NCBI GenBank assembly: GCA_020184695.1
Contig: JAANOX010000104.1
Coordinates: 62,001 to 126,000, forward strand
DNA from: Histomonas meleagridis 2922-C6/04-290x
Lineage: Eukaryota; Protista; Parabasalia
Direction of reading: 5' to 3'
DNA length: 64,000 bases
A model generated the notes under the pieces. The model saw only the letters and a program-made list of their open reading frames with translations. It was not told where the DNA came from and ran no database searches. The translations under genes were made by a program, and so were the position numbers. Below, piece after piece: positions 12,096 to 21,981 of the stretch (positions are counted from its first letter, which is position 1; each line of letters begins with the position of its first letter).

Positions 12096-12542
12096 AAAAA
12101 TCACAAAAAGCTTATTTTAACATACCACAACACCAAATACAGTGTATTTTCATAATGTATTAAATGACCAAACCAAAATTGTGCGATAAATTTTTTTCAC
12201 AAATAGATTTCTTTGAATTTTGATTAAAACCGCTAATTGGCAGAAATTTTTGAATTGGTGAATTGGCACTATTTTTTGATCAAAAATGCCAATTTTCCTT
12301 ATGTTTTTATTTTTTATTTTTTGCTGCTTTTATCAAAATTCGATTGTAATCCTTTAATGACCACGACTGATCGCTAAAGCTATAGTTTATTTATATTTTT
12401 TTCAGAAAATTTTGATTACTTTGTTAAATTCATAATAGCGGTTCACATAATTTCTTACATTTTATTCATTGTGATTTCAAATATTCCTACTTTAAGGTAA
12501 AATATGTTGAAAATAAACATTCTATTGAAAAAAATAAATAGC

Positions 12543-12740
12543 TTAAGCATTGGTGTCATATCTTTCTTTATCAAGAAGCATTTTGATAATTTCAGTGTGA
12601 GCATGTTTAGATGCGAATGTTAGCGCCATTTCAAATAAATTAAATAATTTCCAAATATTATTTTAATTGTTCAATTATTTACATAAATATCAAGTAAACA
12701 AATTTATATCTTTAGCATTTAAATCAATTTCTTCTTTAAA
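12543..12740 (-). pseudogene. Detached ankyrin fragment with one spacer/codon insert (12630-12707)
   Basis: KEEIDLNAKD-[78-nt insert decoding D,N,G,E]-MALTFASKHAHTEIIKMLLDKERYDTNA*. Confidence 0.65.
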
Positions 12741-12756
12741 TTTCAAATAAAGCAAA

Positions 12757-13640
12757 TATAGGGTGTTCAAAAAGTCATAACCCCTCCTATTTCACTCATT
12801 AAAAGGAATTTTATTTTAATTTTTATTTATTTAGTAGAGTGTTTCTTACTGTGCTCAAATGCTTAGTTTAAATTTTGTAATTATTTTTTAAGGTCATTTT
12901 AAAGTTCTGTAAAGCTTATCGGTTTTTTACTGCTTAAAATGCATGTTTTTAAATCATGCTGATATTTTCTTCTTATCTTCTTAAGAAGAACTCATGAGTT
13001 GAAATTAGTTGATTCGTGTGGGTTTGATACTTATTTGCTTCTTAGGTTCTTCATTTTATTGATTGCAATTTAACCTTTGAACTTTACAAATGTTTATATG
13101 GACAACTATATTTTCCAAATATGGTTTAACCTACATTTATGAATATTAAATTAAATTTCTGCTAATTTTATTTCAATAAAATATTATCGATAATAAAAAT
13201 ATATTTTTATTTTGTATCTATAAAGAAATTTTGCAATGTATAAGGGAATTTCCATTTAAGAACATTATCGGCATAAATTATTAGATAAAATTCATATTGA
13301 GTTACAGATTAGCACTTTATTAGCTTACACACCATATTTTTTAAACTTTCGAACTTAAAAAAAATAACAACAACTTATCATGTGTTATTAATAAAATTTT
13401 TCTTTGAATCTTTCTTCAGTGTTTCTCTAAATTCATTGGAATGTTATGCTCTTTCATATTCCTGAACAAACGTTGATTCATATGTGAACCACTTTCAAAC
13501 ATATTTTCTTAAAAATAAATCATTTCTAAAAACTTTTAATGTTATTTGATATATACTATATTGCTTTTTATTGAAAAACTTTTGGTACTACTTGAGGATG
13601 AATATTTCTCAAGGATCTTTATGAATGGCTTAATAAAGTT
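12757..13640 (-). mobile_element. Possible degenerate Tc1/mariner/pogo-type (DDE_1-like) transposon relic
   Basis: End motif TATAGGGTGTTCAAAAAG at ~12757 resembles Tc1/mariner TIRs; minus-strand fragment ESGSHMNQRLFRNMKEHNIP...RKILLITHD (~13380-13500) resembles DDE_1 transposases; second TIR not found. Confidence 0.3.
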
Positions 13641-13641
13641 A

Positions 13642-16600
13642 CTATTTGGATCCAAGAAGTAATTTAACTATTTCTGTATGACCATTTTTAGATGCCCATA
13701 TAAGTGCTGTACTAAATATTTTATATAATTTCCAAATATTATTTTCAAATATTAAAATATTAAAATAAACATTAAATAAAACACATAAATATTTTTAGCA
13801 TCAATATCAATTCCTTCTTGTTCAAGAAGTAATTTAACTATTTCTGTATGACCATTAAAAGATGCTAAAATAAGTGCTGTATTAAATAATATGAATAATT
13901 TCCAAATATTATTTTTAAATATTAAAATATTAAAATAAATATCAAATAAAACAAATAAATATCTTTAGAATTGACATCAATTCTTTTTTGTTCAATTAGT
14001 AATTTTACTATTTCTATATGACCTTTTTTTGATGCCAAAATAAGTGCTGTTTGAAATCTTTTTTGGAATTTCCAAATATTATTTTGGAATACGAAAATAT
14101 TAAAATAAATATGAATTAAAAAAAGAAAATTATTTTTAACATTAATATGAATACTTTTTTTGAGAAGTAATTTTACTATTTCTATGTAACCTTTTTTGGA
14201 TGCTACAGCAAGTAGTGTATCAAATAATTCAAAAATTTTCCAAATATTATATATAAAATCTATATTATAAATATAAATATAAAATAAAACAATTAAAGAT
14301 TTTGATAATTGATATCAATTTTTTTTTGTTCCAGGATTAATTTGACAATTTCTGTTTTACCATATTTTGTTGCTATATATAACGCTTGTTGAAATAATTT
14401 GAAAAGTTTCTATATATTAATATGAAACATCGTTATATATGAATGTATCCATTTACTAATATTTTTCAATTCTTCAGACTTTAAAAATAATTTTATGATA
14501 TTGAAATTACACGAATAAACTGCTTTAGTAAAAGGTGTAGAAAATAATATTAATAATTTCCAAATATAATAAGGATAAGTGTATATTTTGAACATTAATA
14601 TTAATAGTTTTTTGTTGCAGAAGGATTTCGACAATATCAATATGATTTTTACAAGTTGCAATCATAAGTGCTGTATAAAATTATTTAAATAATCACCAAA
14701 AATAATTTTAAAATAAGAAATTATTAAAATAAATATCATATAAAATAAATGAATATTTTTAGCATTAATATCAATTTCTTTTTGTTCAAGAAGTAATTTA
14801 ACTATTTCTGTATCACCTTTTTCAGCTGCAAGCATTAATAATGTGTTAATGAATTTAAATAAATACCAAATATTATTTTGTAAAGGCGATTAAGTTTAAT
14901 ATACATTCAAAAAGAGTTAAAAACGTCGCATGCATTTAAATTCACACATTCTTCTCCTATATATAAATTTATTATGTCCATATTTCCTTCTTTATATGCA
15001 GATACAAGGGATATTTGAAGTATAATTAATAATATTCATAAATCATTTTAAAAAATTAAATTATAAAAATTTATATCAATTATTAGAATAAAATATTTTT
15101 TCCATTATAAATACAATAATTTTCGAGTAAAAATGATACTTTCATGAAACAGTTTCTAGATGCATACATAAGTGCTGTTTTAAATAATTAAAATAATTTC
15201 CAAATATTATTTTGAAATATCAAATTATTATAATAATTTCTATATAAAGCATATAAAAATTTTTAATATTAATATCAATTCCTTCTTGTTCAAGAAGTAA
15301 TTTAACTATTTCTATATGACCATTTCTAGATGCTATAATAAGTGCTGTATCAAATAATTTAAATAATTTCCAAATATTATTTTGTAATATCGTATTAGCA
15401 AAATAAACATTAAATAAAACGAATGAGTATTTTTTGCATTAATATCAATTCCTTCTTGTTCAAGAAGTAATTCAACGATTTCTGTAACATTATTCCAAGA
15501 TGTCATCATAAGTGCTGTATCAAATAATTTAAATAATTTTCAAATATTATTTTGTAATATTGTATTAGCAAAATAAACATTAAATAAAACGAATGAGTAT
15601 TTTTTGCATTAATATCAATTCCTTCTTGTTCAAGAAGCAAACTAACGATTTCTGTATGACCATTTTCAGAAGCAAACATAAGTGCTGTCCAAAATAATAT
15701 AAATAATTTCCAAATATTATTTTGAAATATCAAATTATTAAAATAATTTCTATATAAAACATATAAATATCTTTAGCATTAATATCAATTCCTTCTTGTT
15801 CTAGAAGTAATTTAACTGTTTCTGTATAACCTTTTTCAGATGCCCAAATAAGTGCTGTCCAAAATAATATAAATAATTACCAAATATTATTTTGAAATAT
15901 CAAATTATTAAAATAAATATCTTTATCATTAATATCAATTCCTTCTTGTTCAAGAAGTAATTTAACTATTTCTGTATGACCATTTGAAGATGCTAAAATA
16001 AGTGCTGTTTCAAATAATTTAAATAATTTCCCAATATTATTTTCAAATATAAAATTATTAATATAAATTTTATTTTTAGCATTAATATCAATTCCTTCTT
16101 GTTCTAGAAGTAATTTAACTATTTCTGTATAACCATTTTTAGACGCATACATAAGTGCTGTCCAAAATAATATAAATAATTTCCAAATATTATTTTGAAA
16201 TATCAAATTATTAAAATAATTTCTATATAAAACATATAAATATCTTTAATGTTAATATCAATTCCTTCTTGTTCAAGAAGCAATTTAACTATTTCTGTAT
16301 GATCTTTTTCAGATGCCAAAATAAGTGCTGTTCTAAATAATTTAAATAATTTTCAAATATTATTTTGATATCGAAAATTTGCACAGAAAACATCATAAAA
16401 AACAAAAAAATATTTTTAGCATTAATATCAATTCCTTCTTGTTCAAGAAGTAAACTAACGATTTCTGTATGACCATTATAAGATGCTAATATAAGTACTG
16501 TCCAAAATAATTTAAATAATTTCCAAATATTATTTTGAAATATTCCAAAATTATTAAAATAAATATCAAATAAAACAAATAAAAATCTTTAGCATTAATA

Positions 16601-19255
16601 TCAATTCCTTTTTGCTCAAGAAGTAATTTAACGATTTCTGTATGACCTTTTTCAGATGCCCAAATAAGTGCTGTCCAAAATAATGTAAATGATTTCCAAA
16701 TATTATTTTGAAATATCAAATTATTAAAATAAATATCTTTAATATTAATTCCTTCTTGTTTAAGAAGCAATTTTGCTATTTCTGTGTTATCATTTTTAGA
16801 TGCATAAATAAGAGCTGTGTTAAACAATTTAAAGAATTTCCAAATATTATTTTGATATCGAAAATTTGCACAGAAAACATCATAAAAAACAAAAAAAATA
16901 TCTATTGCATTAATATCAATGTATTTTATTTCAAGAATTATTTTAAATATTTCAATAATTCCTTTTTCATAGCCATAATCAAGTTCAACACTAAATAAAT
17001 TGAATAATTTTCAAATATTTTTTTTGAATCCAAAAATACGAATATAAAAATTAAATGAAATAAATAATTTTTCTTATTTTTATTATTATTGTTTTTGTAA
17101 TCTAAAATCATTTTAATTATATCCGTGTGATTATTTTCATATGCATATATAAGTGCAGTCCAAAATAATTTAGATATGTTCCAAAAATAAAGTTAAAATA
17201 TCAAAATATTAAAACAAAATTTGTATAAAAGAAATTTATTGATTTATAATTTATATCAATTCCTTTGTGTTCAAGAAGTAATTTAGCTATTTCAGTATAA
17301 CCATTGATAGATGCTATAATAAATGATGTAAAAAATATTTTGATTAAACACCAAAAATGCATTTTAATTATTAAAATTATCAAATAAACCTTAAACAAAA
17401 CAATATAATATCATGTGGATTAATATCTATTCTTTTATGTTGAAGAAGTATTTTAACAATTTCAATATCATTTTTTTGAACTGCAAGTATTAATGAAGTA
17501 TAAAACAATAGAAAAATTCACCAAACATTAATAAAATATTTTAAACAACTTAAATAAAAATTAAATTCTACAAATAAAAATTTGCAGCATTAATGTTAAT
17601 TCTCTTAAGGTTATAAAGTAATTTAACAATCTTAATATATCTTCTTTTTACAGCATCCATAAGTGCTGTCCAAAATAAGATGAATAAGCTCCAAATTCTA
17701 AAAACAATTACCAAATATTTAAAATCAATATTAAATTTGATAAACAAAGATTCACAGCATTAACATTAATTCTTTTTTGTTGAAGAAGCAATTTAACAAT
17801 TTTAATGTGATTATTTTTTACTGCTTTTAAAAATGCTGTGTAAAATTTGTTGAACAAATTCCAAATATATATTTAAAAATTTAAATGATAAAAACAATTT
17901 TTCTTCTTATTAAAAAAATATTTTTAGCGTTTATTTTTATTCTTTTTTGTTCAAGAAGTAATTTAACTATATCAAAATAACCTTTGCTACTTGCTACAAT
18001 TAATGGTATATAAAATCATTAAAACAAATTTTATTTCATGATTAGAAACACCAATTAATTAAAACATATTTTAATAAATATTATAAAACATATTTAATAT
18101 TTACATCAATTTCTCCTTTTTCAAGAAGTAATTTAACAATTTCAATATTTCCTGATCTTATTGCTGATATTAAAATTCTTTTAGGGATTTCATTGTAGGA
18201 AATGAAATGTTTAAAAAGAAATATATTTCCATTTTCTACTGTTTCAATAATTAATTTCTCAACATTTAATTTTTTTGTTTCTAAAAAAGATAAAATTTCA
18301 TAATTTTCATAAGTTTAATACATTTCTTTCCTAATTCAGTTAAATCTTCATCTTTATTATAAATACTTTCAAATAAATAATAAAATATTTCATTCCGATG
18401 AAATTCGATTGCTATTTCTATTGATCCATCAAAGTTCGAATGACGCTGTTCACAATAAAGAACAATTTCAACATTTCCACCTGCTACAGCATATCTTCCT
18501 GTATTTGTTAAATCGACATTATTTAAAATCAAATATTTAAAACATTTAATTGATCCAAAAAATGCTGCATAATCAACAAGTGATACATCTTCTTCATTAA
18601 TGAATGAATATCTTTCATATAATGATGGTTCTATGATTTGTTCAAAATCAAAGTTTGGTTCTGATGAAATTTCATGAAGTTTTTCTACATCATCGTTTCG
18701 TATTGCTTTAATAGTATCTGAAGGATTCGATCCTTCATGAATAAGTTGCTTATGAAGCTTCCAATCATCTTTTCTTAGCTCTTCGATATCATCAAAAAAT
18801 TGTTTATGAAATGGAATATCATTTGTTGAATCTTTTAATGCATTAATTTCTTCATCTGTTTTATAATGAATGAAATATAATGTCTTAATATTCCTTATAA
18901 CTTTAGGATTTACCATTTTTTGTTCAATCATATATCCTAAAAGATAATTAGATTCTTGTGTATTTAAATGTATAAGTAAATTTGTAAAAATAGTAATTAT
19001 TTTGGAATATTTTGTTGATAATGTTTTCAGAAATTGAATATAAATATTGAGATTTTTATGATATAAAATAAAAGAAGAGTATATTAATCTACTTAAAATC
19101 AACATCGAAGAATAAGGGTAATCAGAATCAAATAATTTTTGGATTAAATCAATTGATTCAGAAATATTGCGTTCTTTTAGATTAAATATTGTATTTCGCA
19201 TAATTTTTAGATATTGGATGTATTTTGTTTCCTTTGTTCCTGTTGATTCTTTCAT
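13642..19255 (-). CDS. DUF3447-like N-terminal domain plus 28 ankyrin repeats, interrupted by 27 spacer/codon inserts (locus A)
   Basis: LVDYAAFFGSIKCFKYL/AVAGGNVEIV N-terminal domain; one 1-nt frameshift near 18312; then 28 blocks of 28-30 codons at a 170-nt period, continuous and stop-free to TAG at 13642 if only the codon ending each 20-nt module is kept. Confidence 0.75.
13711..18089 (-). repeat. 170-nt period array: 90-nt ankyrin block plus insert of (17-nt spacer + codon) modules
   Basis: Insert lengths counted by hand: 80 x19, 81 x2, 83, 63, 60 x3, 46. Confidence 0.9.
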
Positions 19256-19735
19256 TCCTTTTTAATTGGGAATTTGATTCGAATTTGTTGTTGTTGGATA
19301 AAAAAGTGCAAATATTTTGAATACAAAATTTCTTAGTTTTCAGAGAACGATAGCATTCGTATAGGAGCTCATCTCTGTTCATTGTTTTCCATCAAAATCG
19401 TGAATGATTTTTTACTAAGAAGGCATCAGTAGTGCACAGCTAATGTTAGTTCATTTTTTAATATGAATTGTTTCAAGTGATTAATCATTTCATTGTTCAA
19501 GTTAATTATATCTTTTATGCAAATATGAAGCGTTTAGAGCGCCTTGGGATAATTCCAACTTCTTGTAAAAAAATAATATTGAGAAATTAAATGTGGATTT
19601 ACAATATGTATTTAAATTAGAATAAAAATATGTTTGTTTCTCTTTTGAGTTCCAATAATATTTATTAATTATGTGTTGATAGTATATCTACTTAAATTTC
19701 ATGAATCGATCTAATTCTAATTAAAATTTATATCA

Positions 19736-21344
19736 AATGGGAACAATTACAGAAAAAAGCTTTCATGTGTATTCAAGATGTCAATAACATGATGCTCAAA
19801 ACAACAGTTTCCGATAAGAATTTAAAAATTAAATCTTTAATCGATGGATATAACAATAGACATTTTTTTGTTCTTGAATATAATGGTCTTAAAAATGATA
19901 TTATTAAAAATCGATTATTCTCAAAATCAATCTTGTTTTCGACTTTTCAAATGGTGTAGTTACTTGTACATATTTTTGAAAATGGTACCCATGTTCTTCA
20001 ATCTAAGTTTACCTGATGATCGACGGAAAATAGCAGCACATAATTTAAGTATGTTTCATCCTATTTTAAATTTGGAAAATATCAAGTTCTTCTTAAAATG
20101 GCGAAATCAAAAACATGATAAGTTTTTCTAGAAGTAAGTATTTTATGCATAAAACATGTTGATATTGATTATTCTGATAGCAATCATTTGGATAATTATA
20201 GGGAACTTCCAAAGAATGATTGGGAACTTCATCAGAAATTAATTGAATAAGGACATAGACCAAATGAAATTGCAAAAATAATTCGAAATGATGAAATACA
20301 TAAACCTCAAGAAATATCATCACAAACAAATTTTAATTTTAATCAAATAATTCCAAAATCACTTTATGAAAGATGTTCATTTATTAACAATTGGAATGTT
20401 ACATTAATTGATTATGCAGCATTTTTTGGATCAATTAAATGTTTTAAATATTTATTAATGAATAATGCAAAAGTCAAAAACGCAGGTAGATATGCAGTTG
20501 TAGGTGGAAATTTAGAGATAATTCATTTATGTGAACAAAATCATTCATCATTTGATAAAGCATATGAAGCAGATATTGAATTGCATCAAAATGATATCAA
20601 ATATATATATGAAAATAAATTAGAAAAAAAGCAATCAATTCCGAAAATGTCTAAAGATAATTCAAATGATTTGATAAGTTTTTGTATTAAAAAAGATAAT
20701 TATGAAATTTTAGCTTTTTTTGAAGAAAAAGGAATTAATGTTAATGCTGATGATATAAACCAATCAGCAAGAAATGGAAATTTATAAATTCATAAAAAAT
20801 ATTTTGCCATTTGCTTCAAAATCAGGAAATATTGAACATGTGAAATATATTTTAGAGCAAAAAGGAATTGATGTTAATGCAAAAACTATTCATTTGAATA
20901 ATTTAATATATGTTTTAATAATTTGAAATATGTTTTAATAATTTGAAACAGCACTTCATATAGCAGTTAAAAATAATAATATAGAAATAGTAAAATTACT
21001 TTTAGATAAAGAAGGAATTGATATTAATGCAGAAACTATTCATTTGAATTTATAAAGTTCATTTTATTAAATTGGAATTCATTTTAATGATTTTTTATTT
21101 ATATTAATGATTTGGAGTTAATTTTAATAATTTTATAAACGTTTTTACAATTTTATATTTATTTTAACAATATTATACGGCAATTGAAATTGCACAACAA
21201 AAAGGATATGTTAGAATAGAAAATTTACTTCGTGAGAAAGGTGCAAAAGAAATTTCTAATTCAAAATCTTTTTCTATGAATACCACTTCATGGGTTTTGA
21301 CAACTTATGAAAATGAAACGTATTTTACAGATTATCAAAAATAA
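19736..21344 (+). pseudogene. Degraded DUF3447-like/ankyrin gene (locus D) with two spacer/codon inserts
   Basis: LIDYAAFFGSIKCFKYLL domain with frameshifts and in-frame stops (e.g. KLIE*GHRPN, GNL*IHK); inserts at 20888-20947 (60 nt) and 21038-21176 (139 nt). Confidence 0.75.
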
Positions 21345-21785
21345 TTCGAATTTCAAGTGCTTAAAGAAGAAAATAAAAAGGAAAATATCAAAACAACAGC
21401 TGAGATTAGCACTCAAACTTATGAGAATTTTCAAGGTAAGAAAATATATCCTCACATTTTACTATTGAATAAGTGATAAACTAATCCAGTTCTTTAAATA
21501 ATCAAATCAAAATAAATATGAATGCTTCAAAGCAAATCGCAAAGCGGCTATTTATCCCGATAAAAAATCACAGTTGATGTTCTAAATCCGAGTAGTTCCG
21601 ACTCGTAATGTTTTAGTACTAAATTGTAGATAATAAAAAATTTGAGATACATTGTTCAAACATGTATACATATGTAATATTGCGTATGTTGTTTTTGTCT
21701 GTAGCCTGGTACGAAATTATTTTCACCTATAATTTGTATTCATTTTTTCATTCATATCATTTGATATATATCTATTTCTAACTAT

Positions 21786-21915
21786 TGGCGGTAACGTTTT
21801 AATGTTGTCCTTTTTAGTAAGAGCTGTTTTACCTTCTTTATCTTTAACATTAACATCAATTCCTTTTTGTTCAAATAATAATTTAGTGATATTGTTCTTA
21901 TCTTTTTGTATAAGA
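21786..21915 (-). pseudogene. Isolated ankyrin fragment with an uninterrupted junction
   Basis: Translates ITKLLFEQKGIDVNVKD-KEGK-TALTKK with no insert. Confidence 0.65.
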
Positions 21916-21981
21916 TGTTAATATAACTATTTACAGTGTTAAAACTTAAGTGATTGAATAAAGATTATTTTGTAAGGTTAT

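Noticed and set aside
15706-15717. One 12-nt micro-exon ATA TTT GGA AAT (IFGN) per insert
   Set aside because: It explains only the Gly. The 4 x (17+3) parse also explains the D/N at position 2, the W/D/E/N/K/Y/F residue before Thr, and the 63/46-nt variants.
15686-15771. Single AT-AC (U12-type) intron per insert
   Set aside because: Joining G|AT...AC|A leaves the frame shifted, removes the required hairpin residues, and there is no ATATCCTT or branch consensus.
15689-15780. Apparent GT...TTTAG intron on the plus strand spanning each insert
   Set aside because: GT and AG are just the antisense of ACA (Thr) and GCT AAA (Ala-Lys); many copies lack the AG and the coding strand is minus.
14675-15880. 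Stop-codon reassignment making the inserts translatable
   Set aside because: 80-nt inserts break the frame regardless, and conserved genes here (RPL18, ARPC2, PABP) end in TAA, with others ending in TAG or TGA.
15506-17398. Short track ORFs (15506-15733, 15877-16206, 16486-16827, 17201-17398) and similar ones in loci B and C as separate genes
   Set aside because: They are read-throughs of ankyrin blocks into spacers, mostly from fortuitous starts.
13642-18180. 170-nt periodic array resembling a CRISPR array
   Set aside because: The conserved part encodes ankyrin helices, the host is a eukaryote and there are no cas genes.
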